IMG/VR virus record: IMGVR_UViG_3300031994_000062
Location: 21,124 to 85,123 of that record
Length of the DNA stretch: 64,000 nucleotides
Origin: a virus
Taxonomy: Duplodnaviria; Caudoviricetes
Direction: 5' to 3' (one strand)
The position numbers were made by a program, and so were the translations under genes. Shown one piece after another: positions 19,726 to 29,802 of the stretch (the stretch's first letter is position 1; each line of letters starts with the position of its first letter). Below the pieces are notes generated by a model. The model was given only the letters and a program-made list of their open reading frames with translations, was not told the origin of the DNA and did no database searches.

Positions 19726-20859
19726 TTAGTTAGTGGTTGTCCACTTACCAAAGTACTGACCAATTCTGGTAACAACACCAAAATCTCTCTGAACTTCATA
19801 TTTCATGAGGTCGGAGATATTAGCGTTAGCTTCGCCACGTTCGGTGATTTCGTTGATCAGAGTCTCGCCGCTATCTGCGAATTCTACAAGCTTATTATCC
19901 TTACCCCTTGCGAAGATATAAAGATCTTTATCGCTATAGAAATGCTGACCAACCTGATTACGAACGAATCTCTGCGGAATCTCTACTAACAGAGTTCCTT
20001 CATAGTCGCCAAGTCTACCTGTATGAGCAACAGATTCCTTCTGAGACGGAGCAATCCAATGAACAGCACCATCGTAGAAAGCGTTAAGCTTCTTAAGAGC
20101 GTTCTTTGTACCGAAAATAGCAACTTCAGAGTTGCCATTAGCGATGGATACGTTTGTGATGATTGTATCAAACTGATCCTTTGTAGCTGCGGCAAGATCG
20201 CCACTGTCAACGAAGCCTTCTGTTACAGGAAGCTTCTCAGCTGCGCCTGTAATATGCTCATAGATAGTATCTTGAATCTGATGCTGGAATGCTACTGCGA
20301 TAGCTGCAACAAGAGCAGACCAGTCACAGTCACCAAGAATATAACGGTCAATGTCGCCACCAACAGCAACTACATAACGAGCCAGCGGAATGGTCACATA
20401 CTGACCTCCACCTAATCTCTGCAGAATGTGATCATGGTGTGTTCTACCAGCTTTGGCAACGTTAAGAATAATATCTTCGTCTGTCCAGAACTGAGTCTCA
20501 TCACCAAGTGCAACATTTCTTTCGTTAACGAGTTCCTGGAACCATTCGGAATCCTTAAGTCCAGTGTCAACGATAGCATCAACGGTTTCCTCAATCAGGC
20601 GGAAGAATTCCTTGCCATGATCTTCGTAAGCACGCTGACGATCTCTCTTTGTAGCTCTCTCATCAAGCTCAAACACACTTAATACCAGATCATGAAGTCT
20701 TTTCTCGGCTTCACGCTTAGAAACAACCTTACCGGTTTCATCGTCATAAATCTCATGACCCATACCAAGGTCATACATAAGATTCTTTACTTCTTCGTAT
20801 TCGGTTTCAAACTTATTGAATACGTTCATGATATGCTGTGAAAATACTAATTTATGCAT
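19726..20859 (-). CDS. Major capsid protein
   Basis: 377 aa, strong RBS, codon bias typical of high expression, downstream of the protease/scaffold gene. Confidence 0.8.
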   Translation of the reverse strand: MHKLVFSQHIMNVFNKFETEYEEVKNLMYDLGMGHEIYDDETGKVVSKREAEKRLHDLVLSVFELDERATKRDRQRAYEDHGKEFFRLIEETVDAIVDTGLKDSEWFQELVNERNVALGDETQFWTDEDIILNVAKAGRTHHDHILQRLGGGQYVTIPLARYVVAVGGDIDRYILGDCDWSALVAAIAVAFQHQIQDTIYEHITGAAEKLPVTEGFVDSGDLAAATKDQFDTIITNVSIANGNSEVAIFGTKNALKKLNAFYDGAVHWIAPSQKESVAHTGRLGDYEGTLLVEIPQRFVRNQVGQHFYSDKDLYIFARGKDNKLVEFADSGETLINEITERGEANANISDLMKYEVQRDFGVVTRIGQYFGKWTTTN

Positions 20860-20883
20860 TCTTTATTCCTCCTTTCCTTTAAA

Positions 20884-21360
20884 TTACGCTGTCTTAACCT
20901 TAAGTTTCATGTTTTCAACAGTTACAGTTTTATTTGCAACGGGAGTCCCGGTAAAGCCTTCTTTGGAGATCTCGATGATGTCGCCAATAGTAAGAGCAAT
21001 ACCTTCTACTGTTTCTCCCTTAAGGTTATACCAAAGCTTCTCCTGACGCATATCTCTTTCCTCGCGGGTAAAGATAGGTGTCTCATAAATCATAATAGCT
21101 TCCTTCTGAGGATCAATTTCAAGTACCTCTACATACCAATTGCCGTTAGCGGCCTGTTCACGGATAATTCCTTTAAAAGCCGCTGGAGCCTCTGCTGCCT
21201 TATACTGATCAAAAGATACATAATCTCCTCTGGAAACGATGGCACCGTTGTCAGTATTTGCTACAAGTACAATATTATAAGTATGACCGATACGTGCAGC
21301 AACACACTTAGATGGATATGCAATTGTATGGGTCGCATTCAGATTAAAATCTACTGCCAT
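20884..21360 (-). CDS. Minor capsid/decoration-like protein
   Basis: 158 aa, beta-rich, between scaffold and MCP. Confidence 0.6.
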   Translation of the reverse strand: MAVDFNLNATHTIAYPSKCVAARIGHTYNIVLVANTDNGAIVSRGDYVSFDQYKAAEAPAAFKGIIREQAANGNWYVEVLEIDPQKEAIMIYETPIFTREERDMRQEKLWYNLKGETVEGIALTIGDIIEISKEGFTGTPVANKTVTVENMKLKVKTA

Positions 21361-21386
21361 AATAATTTCTCCTTTCTTTTAATAAT

Positions 21387-23135
21387 TTATTTCTTTTTAA
21401 AAATTCCGCCGTAACGTCCCTTCTTAGTCTTCTTATTAGGTTCGCCGAAGAGCTTTCTAGATGTATTTTTGTTCTCTTTAGGCTGTTCGACAGAAGAGAA
21501 GTTAAGACTTCCTTGTTTAGCATAGTTAAGTAAAATTTCGTCAAGATGAGCGGTAAGTTCTTCAAGAGTGTAATCTTCAATCTTGATATCCTTATACTCA
21601 TTCTTATCAAAGATAGATTTATAAGAATCAGAAACCATGAGTTCTTCTTTAGCAGCTTTTTCTTCTGCTTTATGATATTTATCAAGTTCTTCTGACGCGA
21701 GAGAATAGTTAGACCTTATATTATCAAGTTCAGCTTCTTCGTCTGCGCTTAAATAAACAGGCTTAACACTAATTCTATCGCCACTTAAACTGAATATACC
21801 GGATCTACATTTATATCCTTGTCTATAAGCAGCTCCAGTAAAGTAATCAACCATAACTAGGTCCTTATCGTATACAATTACGCTATACCATGTAGAATCT
21901 TGGTCGGCATACTGCTCATTTACCAAAGTTGTTAATGCAGAAATTTTATCGTTGAAAGAAAGAGCAAACTCTTTTACTGTGCCATCTGTCATAATAACGG
22001 CATAACTTTCAGCGGCATAAGAATCTGCGATTTTCTTAGACTCTGGAGTAGTATCATCGTCTGGAACTTCTGGTTCTTCCGGTTCTGTTTCTGGGTCTGG
22101 GTCTGGGTCTGGGTCTGGATCACCGGGATCGTCTTCACCAGTTACAGATACTTCTGGATTATCGTCGGCAAATGTCTCCGGATCTGTGTTTTCTGGCTCA
22201 TTCGTTTCTGGATCCTTTTCGCCAAATAATTCTTCAAACTTAGCTTCTAATTCTTCATCTGACATTTCAGAATAATCAAAATCTAAATCTTCTTCAGTTA
22301 CATTATACTTTTCCAATAACTCATTTAATTTCATCGATTCACCTCCTGTCATTGCATTTTGAGCATTTGGTTTATCTATATTGAAATTGGACAGCGTTTC
22401 ATTAAGCTTTTCCAATGTTTCAATTAATTTTTCATCACGATTATAGTGAGAAACAACCGAATTGTTTTCCTGACTAAAATCTGTTAATTTTAATTCTGCA
22501 CCGGCCATTCCCGGCTTAACAGGATCTCCTGTATCTGGGTCTACTCCTAAACATGTAGCACCCATAATCTCTACGTCATCTAATACTAATACTTTTTCCT
22601 TTGAATCATAGCTCATTTCGTTGATTAATAATTCAGCAGATACAGCAGTGCCGCCTTTTCTTTCTATAATTTCTGCGGCAGCAGTGTATTCGCGCGGAAT
22701 AGCAACCTGAGCATAAAGATATTTCTTAGAATTATCATCTGGATCTTCTTCTAAGTAAGGCTTATCAGATGTAAAACATCCTATTTGTTTCTCCAGATAT
22801 ACCACATTTCCATCTTCATCAATTTCAAAATCATGCGAAGTAAAATCCAATTCAGAATTCACATCTGTAAAATTTGCAAGCAATGGTTTATAAGCCAATC
22901 TCTTCATAGCCTTTTTGGCGGCTTTTTCAGTAAGAGAAGAACCATTTAAATTACGAGACGTATGAAGAAGCTTAATGTGTCCATAAAGCATAGTAGGATC
23001 TTCATCTTCATCTTTTTTGAATGTAGCGGGAATCTGAACAGACAATTGATATCCAGATTCATTTGAAGAAAATTTGCCGAAATCATTAGATTGGCAAAAA
23101 CTTATTAATTGTGATAATGTCAAAATCTTTTTCAT
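21387..23135 (-). CDS. Prohead protease-scaffold fusion
   Basis: N-terminal protease-like region (KLLHTSRNLNGS...GGTAVSAEL), acidic Pro-rich linker, helical C-terminus. Confidence 0.7.
   Translation of the reverse strand: MKKILTLSQLISFCQSNDFGKFSSNESGYQLSVQIPATFKKDEDEDPTMLYGHIKLLHTSRNLNGSSLTEKAAKKAMKRLAYKPLLANFTDVNSELDFTSHDFEIDEDGNVVYLEKQIGCFTSDKPYLEEDPDDNSKKYLYAQVAIPREYTAAAEIIERKGGTAVSAELLINEMSYDSKEKVLVLDDVEIMGATCLGVDPDTGDPVKPGMAGAELKLTDFSQENNSVVSHYNRDEKLIETLEKLNETLSNFNIDKPNAQNAMTGGESMKLNELLEKYNVTEEDLDFDYSEMSDEELEAKFEELFGEKDPETNEPENTDPETFADDNPEVSVTGEDDPGDPDPDPDPDPETEPEEPEVPDDDTTPESKKIADSYAAESYAVIMTDGTVKEFALSFNDKISALTTLVNEQYADQDSTWYSVIVYDKDLVMVDYFTGAAYRQGYKCRSGIFSLSGDRISVKPVYLSADEEAELDNIRSNYSLASEELDKYHKAEEKAAKEELMVSDSYKSIFDKNEYKDIKIEDYTLEELTAHLDEILLNYAKQGSLNFSSVEQPKENKNTSRKLFGEPNKKTKKGRYGGIFKKK
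22090..22118. repeat. 6-bp tandem repeat (TCTGGG, about 4.8 copies) encoding a DP repeat
   Basis: Seen directly; encodes DPDPDPDPDPE in the scaffold linker. Confidence 0.9.
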
Positions 23136-23166
23136 CTCTACCTCCTTTCTCTTAGTTTCTAAATAT

Positions 23167-23191
23167 AAAAACTCTCCAGAAAGAGGAGAGT
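23167..23191 (-). terminator. Intrinsic terminator
   Basis: ACTCTCC-TCTTTCT-GGAGAGT-TTTT. Confidence 0.75.
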
Positions 23192-23203
23192 AATTAAGCT
23201 TGT

Positions 23204-23366
23204 TTATCCAGTTGTATAATCAACAACTCTAGAATTTATAATTATAAGATGTAACACGATATCCGCAGTCGGAGTTGTCGTGCAGCTAAATATTATAAAC
23301 TCAGTTTCTTACGCTGAAATCGCCACTTCTGAATCAATATAATTCGGTAATTGATTCAAAAGCCAT
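23204..23366 (-). pseudogene. Probable decayed gene remnant
   Basis: RBS + MAFESITELY*; in another frame ...ISA*ETEFIIFSCTTTPTADIVLHLIII...TTG*. Confidence 0.4.
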
Positions 23367-23381
23367 ATAAGCCACTTCCTA

Positions 23382-23990
23382 TCACGTTGCCACTATAGTA
23401 TCAATCTCGGCATTTGTGATAGACGTTACTCCACCATCATTCAGCTTAACATATTGAGTACTACCCCATCTAAATTGAGTGTTTGCGGCGTATTCACCGG
23501 AATCAATTAATAACACATAAAGAACTCCAGATTCTGGTGTTAATGCTGCCCCGTCTACTCCAGTCTCTGAAAACCAACTAGACGAAAGTACCGTGGCACC
23601 AGTTCTTGGGTAAACTTCAATTACATCATCAACATAACTAGGAAGATATGACGAATTGATCTTGCTTGTGCTGTCAAGTGGACACACTCCATTTGCCGCC
23701 CCAATAAGTGATACATCTACCTTAGAACTATCAGATGGATGAACGTGATCCTCTCTAGCATACTTTTCACTAGTACCTATAGCTGCTGTCCCATCCATGA
23801 GCGGTGCAGTATTGGCAGGTAAGTAATCCTTCTGGTCAAATGTGAAAGTTGTGCCATCGGCCCTGGTCACAGTATAGGTGGTGCCGGACCTTGTAATGTT
23901 TTTAACCGCATCAGTCTTGGTTGCAAATAAATTTTTGATTTTTTGCCATAAGTATAGCAAACCATCAGAATCTAAATATTTCTTGGCCAA
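23382..23990 (-). CDS. Fibre/decoration-like structural protein
   Basis: KYLDSDGLLYLWQKIK N-terminus; APLMDGTAAIGTSEKYAREDHVHP and GAANGVCPLD motifs typical of phage fibre proteins. Confidence 0.7.
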   Translation of the reverse strand: MAKKYLDSDGLLYLWQKIKNLFATKTDAVKNITRSGTTYTVTRADGTTFTFDQKDYLPANTAPLMDGTAAIGTSEKYAREDHVHPSDSSKVDVSLIGAANGVCPLDSTSKINSSYLPSYVDDVIEVYPRTGATVLSSSWFSETGVDGAALTPESGVLYVLLIDSGEYAANTQFRWGSTQYVKLNDGGVTSITNAEIDTIVAT

Positions 23991-24004
23991 TTTTACTCAT
24001 CTCC

Positions 24005-24244
24005 TTACTTTAAAAGTTCCTCTAGCTCAGTGTTTGAGATTCTGAGCAGATTTAATTCTTCATAGGTTTTGTCACCAATTAATGTAACTCCTTCAATTTT
24101 CGGAAGATTATCAAGTATTTCGTAGTCTCTATACATGATATGTTTCGGCAAATCAATTTCACCGTCTAGTTGAGCAGTTCCTCCTAAATTTCCAGATAAA
24201 TGACCAATACCAATTATTTCAGCAGTACCAGGAAAGTCACTCAA
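24005..24244 (-). CDS. Hypothetical protein
   Basis: 79 aa; LDNLPKIEGVTLIGDKT motif common in phage fibre regions. Confidence 0.65.
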   Translation of the reverse strand: MSDFPGTAEIIGIGHLSGNLGGTAQLDGEIDLPKHIMYRDYEILDNLPKIEGVTLIGDKTYEELNLLRISNTELEELLK

Positions 24245-24577
24245 TTATAACACCTCCTCGGTAAGCTTAAATTTTCCGGCGATGAATGTATAGACCTCTC
24301 CGATACTAGTCGTGAGTTCGAGATCGTAAACATATGAGCGTGACATAGTTAATTCCTTAGTGTCATCAGGATCAATTGTAAGAATAAGAGTATCAATTGG
24401 CACCTGCTTATTAATCAGAACTTCAGAGTCGGGATCTTTATAAGTTTTTTTCATGGCAAAACGTATTGTATCTCCTTCTTGCGGCACATACGGTTCGCCA
24501 TCTTTAGTAAGATTAATTTGGACGTATAATGTATCGCCACGAGTTAGAGTAATATTATTGCCATCTATGGTATACAT
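24245..24577 (-). CDS. BppU N-terminal-like Ig-fold structural protein
   Basis: NITLTRGDT...YVYDLEL...FIAGKFKL pattern. Confidence 0.6.
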   Translation of the reverse strand: MYTIDGNNITLTRGDTLYVQINLTKDGEPYVPQEGDTIRFAMKKTYKDPDSEVLINKQVPIDTLILTIDPDDTKELTMSRSYVYDLELTTSIGEVYTFIAGKFKLTEEVL

Positions 24578-24594
24578 ATAATCACCGCCTTTCT

Positions 24595-24786
24595 TTAAGT
24601 GTATAAAATGTTTGTAGGAACCACCTTATTTTCTTTCGCGAATTTAAGGTATTCTGTTCCCTTGTTATAAAATATATATGTAGACCCAGATTTGCTGACA
24701 AGCTCATAACCCAATTTGAGTAATTGCTCGGCGGTATCTGGGAATGTTGTTTTTAGAAAATTGTATTTTTTATTCATATTTATCAC
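24595..24786 (-). CDS. Small hypothetical protein
   Basis: 63 aa directly after portal. Confidence 0.6.
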   Translation of the reverse strand: MINMNKKYNFLKTTFPDTAEQLLKLGYELVSKSGSTYIFYNKGTEYLKFAKENKVVPTNILYT

Positions 24787-26306
24787 CCATTAGATTTATC
24801 GCGCTTATCCTTATCTGCGTCAGATGCATCGGTAACTTCGCCTTCTGGACGACCACCTTCCTGAGGATCCGTACCTTCTTCTGGAGCACCAGATTGAGTA
24901 TAAGAACTTTGAAGAGGCTTGAAACGAAGAGACAACTGAAGAACATCTTCTTCAAGATAATTCATAGCAAGAATTTCACGCTCTGAATATCCAGATAATA
25001 CGCCGATCGCCATTTTTGATGGAACTCCATATTGAGCATTCTCAATTAATTCTTTTCTAAAATCAGCCTTGGTATACGGCGTGACTGGAAAGAGCTTTAC
25101 CTCACAAGGTGTACTTACTTGATAACTCAAGAAACGATTAAGCCAACTATTAATTTGACTGAGTAATGTTCCTAATCCATAAGCCGAATCCGACTTCATA
25201 GCGGCCCTAAAAGCTTCAGCTCCTGAAATGCTTGCGGAATTTAATATCTGAGCACCACCAGAAGTATTCAATACAGATTCCGTAGCTTTCTGAACCTTAG
25301 TAGTATCAGATGCGGCGTCAAATGGGAATGATATTTCGCGAATCGGAACCGGAGATATAACCGCAGTTGCATAGTCTGGTAACGCTTCTCTGATCATCCT
25401 ATTGTAGTACTGTTTGACAACTTCAGGATCTACCTTCCAATCATCAACATTATCTGTATTATTTATAGTTTGTAACTCAAGCCACAAAAGTTTATAAATT
25501 GCTTGTTCATCGGCAATGGCTTCAATATCTTCAAGATCTGAAAGATTAATTAAAGCATTGAATATCCCCACCAGCGGTGGAACTACAGTTTCCCAATCTT
25601 CAGAACGGATTTTAAAACATACGCAATATTCATCTGGCATCTGTTGCCATCTTTCATCGTTGTTGCCACCAAAAGCATTATACATAGAAGTGAATGGCTC
25701 ACCAATCATCTCAAGTAAAGCCTGGCGCGATCTGAAGTATGTCATATCCATACAGAATGCAAAATCGCCGGTACCGTATTGCCCATTAATCTTACAGTAG
25801 TCTGGATCTAATTGATATATAAAATGTGTTTCCCCGTCATAATAATTGCACCCGTAGAACACATCCTCTCTCCAACATACAATAGCAGCTTTAAGCATTT
25901 CATATTGTAAATTTAAAGTATCAAGAACCGCTAAACTATCTTGGTAAACTCTCAGCATCTCATCTGGGGAGAGTGGAGCAGTAAGGTCATAAGGAGGAAT
26001 TACTGTTCTGGCTTCCATACATAACATAGTCGCATAATACATAATAATACGGTAATAAACCTGAGACCTATAAACTAAAAATCTTGATAGATTTCTTAGA
26101 TTTTGTTCATTACTGCTAATATTCTGTAAATACGTCCTTAGAGTTTCTTTTGAAAATGTTCTAATAGTTCTGTTGATAGTAGTAGATTGAACATCTCTTA
26201 ATGCTTTAATAGCCTTACTGATGCCATCTTCGGCAAAAGTAGATATTCCATTAAAATCATTTTGATATTTCTCTAGTTGTTCTTTTTTTTCTTTTAAAGT
26301 AGCCAT
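24783..26306 (-). CDS. Portal protein
   Basis: 507 aa directly after TerL; acidic flexible C-terminus. Confidence 0.8.
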   Translation of the reverse strand: MATLKEKKEQLEKYQNDFNGISTFAEDGISKAIKALRDVQSTTINRTIRTFSKETLRTYLQNISSNEQNLRNLSRFLVYRSQVYYRIIMYYATMLCMEARTVIPPYDLTAPLSPDEMLRVYQDSLAVLDTLNLQYEMLKAAIVCWREDVFYGCNYYDGETHFIYQLDPDYCKINGQYGTGDFAFCMDMTYFRSRQALLEMIGEPFTSMYNAFGGNNDERWQQMPDEYCVCFKIRSEDWETVVPPLVGIFNALINLSDLEDIEAIADEQAIYKLLWLELQTINNTDNVDDWKVDPEVVKQYYNRMIREALPDYATAVISPVPIREISFPFDAASDTTKVQKATESVLNTSGGAQILNSASISGAEAFRAAMKSDSAYGLGTLLSQINSWLNRFLSYQVSTPCEVKLFPVTPYTKADFRKELIENAQYGVPSKMAIGVLSGYSEREILAMNYLEEDVLQLSLRFKPLQSSYTQSGAPEEGTDPQEGGRPEGEVTDASDADKDKRDKSNG

Positions 26307-26321
26307 GCCTTCCCTCCTTTC

Positions 26322-28103
26322 TTATATAAATGTAGATCTCTTCCATCCAGCTTTCATCGGGAGAGAAGAGACAAATTCTTCAACACTATCTATAGTTTTT
26401 CTTTTTCCAGTAATATTCTTACGACGTTCTTGTTGAAGTGCGAAACAGTATTGACTCATACAGTATGAACGGTCGTCATTAAGAGAATTACGTTTTTCGG
26501 GCGTTAATTCAAAACTATCTTTTCCCGATTCTCTTTTTATTCGAACCATATTAACCATTTCTTCTTTAAGAGCGTCAATACCGGCAAGAGCAGCTTCTTC
26601 TGCCCAATCTAATTTTTCAGTTCTAGTTTTTACATTTTGTAGATTATTTAATTCTTCAGTCATTTGAATATTATATTCGTCAATTGATAATTTTTTCGCT
26701 TTTAGCTTCTTGGATATTTTTTCCTTTTCTTTTTCCAATTTGTCTTGATCTATGTCGAAAATAGTTAAATACCCTTTACCGTCATATGAGGCAGGAAACG
26801 TAACCTTGTTCTGATTTACCATCTCAATCATAGCCTCGTACATTTCGGATTTATACTTAGTAGGAGACATAAGATGAATCTTATTAACCGCATTTGGAAA
26901 CTTTTTTACATAATCAGAAGAATATTCTTTGTCTATGAGTCCTTTATGCATCTTTCCGTCTTTACCTTTCCAATCTTCCATCAAATAATCAGCTATATTT
27001 ACGCCACCACCGCCAGATCCGGCGTCAATATATATACCTACAATATTAGAATAATTTTCATCGCCACCTTGATTGTAATCAAGAATAACTTCTTTAAGAT
27101 ACTCTACCTGATCTGGAGTTTGCATAGGAGATTTACGTTTCTTTCCTACATCTAAAAGATTTATACAATTCAATAAACGACCTTTATATTCAACATCACC
27201 GTTTATATCTTTATCTTCATATATTTCTCCAACTAAAATTACAGAATTATCTCTGCTTCTAGCTGGGTCATATGTGATAACAATTTTTCTATCACCAGTA
27301 TCATTATATAATACCGGCTTATAAGTCTGTTCATTTCGAATTATCGCAGCACGTTTAATTATCGCATCTTCCGTCCCCTCTGTAGAGAACCGACAGTAGT
27401 ACTCGCGTAGAGCCTTGAATTTATTCTGTCTCATGGCGGCGTCAACAGTATCTTTAGTTAAAAGAGGAGATACTAGCTTACCATGCATTGTCGGCTTAAA
27501 AGCTACATCACAAGTAATTTGTGCAACGAAGAAATTTGGATCACCAAGTAACATTCTCTTGCTAAAATCTCTATATATCGTATAATATTCCATATCGGTA
27601 GAAGAAGCAGAGGAGATGTAGAACAATTGGTTTGGAATTTCTTCCGGGATACTTCTAATTGCATTCATATCCAACACATTTCCGTCTCTATCTTTACCAG
27701 ATTTGAAACTTTTATTAACAATAGCAAAAGCTGCGTATGCAGCCAGCAACGAGGACGGCAAAAAACTTGCCTCGTCAAATACAACATTTCCTCTTAATCC
27801 ACGTCGTTTATCAAAATTACTATTGAGAGTTAACCCCATAGATCCGTTGTTTAAAGTGTACTTAAATCCATCAGGATTGTGACTAAAACCGTCCCCAGAT
27901 GCACTGGGAATTACTAATTCAGCTTTAAACAATTCTCCGGTAGACCCAACCATAGTGTCAATATTATTATTGGCAATTTTTTCAAGAGTTGTAAATGTAT
28001 TTTGTGCTTGACTACCACTTCCCGATGCGATATAACTCCAGTAATTATTAAATAACATACCTTTCGCCATCAACATCAGATCGATAAGTGTACTTTTCCC
28101 AAA
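26322..28103 (-). CDS. terL: Terminase large subunit, exon 2
   Basis: Begins FGKSTLIDL (Walker A completion); Walker B VVFDEA; ISSAS; RNase H-like ITYDPAR, IYIDAGSGGGG and DDRSY. Confidence 0.9.
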   Translation of the reverse strand, partial: FGKSTLIDLMLMAKGMLFNNYWSYIASGSGSQAQNTFTTLEKIANNNIDTMVGSTGELFKAELVIPSASGDGFSHNPDGFKYTLNNGSMGLTLNSNFDKRRGLRGNVVFDEASFLPSSLLAAYAAFAIVNKSFKSGKDRDGNVLDMNAIRSIPEEIPNQLFYISSASSTDMEYYTIYRDFSKRMLLGDPNFFVAQITCDVAFKPTMHGKLVSPLLTKDTVDAAMRQNKFKALREYYCRFSTEGTEDAIIKRAAIIRNEQTYKPVLYNDTGDRKIVITYDPARSRDNSVILVGEIYEDKDINGDVEYKGRLLNCINLLDVGKKRKSPMQTPDQVEYLKEVILDYNQGGDENYSNIVGIYIDAGSGGGGVNIADYLMEDWKGKDGKMHKGLIDKEYSSDYVKKFPNAVNKIHLMSPTKYKSEMYEAMIEMVNQNKVTFPASYDGKGYLTIFDIDQDKLEKEKEKISKKLKAKKLSIDEYNIQMTEELNNLQNVKTRTEKLDWAEEAALAGIDALKEEMVNMVRIKRESGKDSFELTPEKRNSLNDDRSYCMSQYCFALQQERRKNITGKRKTIDSVEEFVSSLPMKAGWKRSTFI

Positions 28104-29485
28104 CGTTGTTATTAACCCAGAGTTTTTTATCTCTGGCTCTGGAGGTTTCCCTCATTTTCATCGACCAGTCAATTCTGGTCCAGTCTAGCATACATTTTCG
28201 CCTTCAACTTAAAGGTAAGGCGGGGCGGACTCTTGGGCAAATTATATTTATTCATTGCCTATGCGTTACGGTGAGCTACAGCCTTTCGCAATCTGTACTT
28301 TACCTCGGTATCGACATATCATTTCGACTTAGTGTTTACCGATTTTCCGCCCTTATTGCCTACGTATTTCTACGCAGCGGAGCCTAATAAATGTTCAATT
28401 TTTTCATATTTTCTTGACAAACAAAATAAGCCATCTTCATAATAAAGACGACTTACTAATTTCTTCACTTCATTTGTATTTATACACATTAAACGATGTT
28501 TTTTCTCATTCTCTGTATACATTCTTGTTTCTATATCGTAATTAAGTAATTTCTTTTGTATATACTCCAAAGGAGCTATAGATGCACTAGTAATATGCAT
28601 ATAAGTCCATTTATCATCAGTATAAAAACATCCATCTCCATCAATATATCCCCTAAGAAAATCAAAGAAAAATTTTTCTTCGACAATAGGATAAACATCT
28701 TTTTGCGACTTATTTGTTTCTATCCCGTTAGCCATTAATGACTCAACTAAATGCTTAGAGTATACACGCAATGAATCAATTGGACCAATATGTATTTTCT
28801 TTCCTAAAATTTCGCCATCATGTGGTTTTTTATGTGCAATGATATTTTGATTTCCTAATTCGTAATTTAATTTTTCTAAAACGTATGAATCACCGGCTTG
28901 TAACTGCATACCAAATTCATAATTATTTCGTTCAGGTTTATAAACAACCCAACCATCAGCATAAATAAAACCAAGAAAATACGCTTTTAACGGAGTGTCT
29001 ATTTTATCAAAATAATCATCATTAATTTGACGATTTTTTCTGAGTCCTATATATCTCGCTCTTGCGTCAACCTGTTTTCTCGTATACCCAAGATCTTTAG
29101 CAATTTCAGTATACGATTTAATAAGATAATTTTTCCTAATATATTCATCGTCTGATTCACTAAATATACCATGACAGGTCCATCCCTTACCTTTTGAAAG
29201 TCCATTGCGCTGTAATAAAAGAGATATTTGCCTCTTACTGCAACCAAATAAATCAGCAAAATACTGATATGGAAATTTCAAATAATTCTCAAATAAATAT
29301 TCTTTTTGATCGTCTGTAAATACAAATTGTTTACTCATAGTTCATTTCTCCTTTGCTTAAATTAAAGTAAAGAACAGGAGAACAGCCTGAATTTATTTAG
29401 GACAAAACCGGAAAACAGCCGGAAGTCCAAGTAAAATTAAAAAAGACCAGATATGCCATCTGGTTTATAAACATTTATTCTATTA
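28104..29485 (-). mobile_element. Group I intron 3 (1382 nt), variant P7, LAGLIDADG ORF 5' of the core
   Basis: Junction AGG GGT|TAATAG...CAACG|TTT GGG AAA AGT restores CTRGFGKST. P3 GGGCGGA/TCCGCCC, P4 ATCGGT/ACCGAG, P7 GCATA/TATGC. Confidence 0.88.
28370..29338 (-). CDS. Intron-encoded LAGLIDADG homing endonuclease
   Basis: AYFLGFIYADGWV and DFLRGYIDGDGCF motifs. Confidence 0.9.
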   Translation of the reverse strand: MSKQFVFTDDQKEYLFENYLKFPYQYFADLFGCSKRQISLLLQRNGLSKGKGWTCHGIFSESDDEYIRKNYLIKSYTEIAKDLGYTRKQVDARARYIGLRKNRQINDDYFDKIDTPLKAYFLGFIYADGWVVYKPERNNYEFGMQLQAGDSYVLEKLNYELGNQNIIAHKKPHDGEILGKKIHIGPIDSLRVYSKHLVESLMANGIETNKSQKDVYPIVEEKFFFDFLRGYIDGDGCFYTDDKWTYMHITSASIAPLEYIQKKLLNYDIETRMYTENEKKHRLMCINTNEVKKLVSRLYYEDGLFCLSRKYEKIEHLLGSAA

Positions 29486-29773
29486 ACCCCTCGTACACAA
29501 TAACAGTACATTAGGACAATTCCATGATTGAGTTAAAATCCATGCTTGTGCATCCAGTAGTTCAATATTAAACCAATCACTTATAAACCTTACAGGATTA
29601 CACTGATAATATTTTTGAATTCTTGCTATATTTATCAACGACTCAATTTTTCTATCAGATAAAGCATAAACACCAGGTTTCACATATACTTTGTAATCTT
29701 GTAAACATTGATTCTTAAAATTAACAAAAGATAGGTCATCTGTCACTTGGTATTGTTCCATCATGTACATCAC
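29486..29773 (-). CDS. terL: Terminase large subunit, exon 1
   Basis: ...IELLDAQAWIL...VLLLCTRG; joined protein about 689 aa. Exact start among 29761-29773 is uncertain. Confidence 0.88.
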
Positions 29774-29802
29774 CTATCTTCTTTAAAAAGTCGTCTATTA
29801 AA

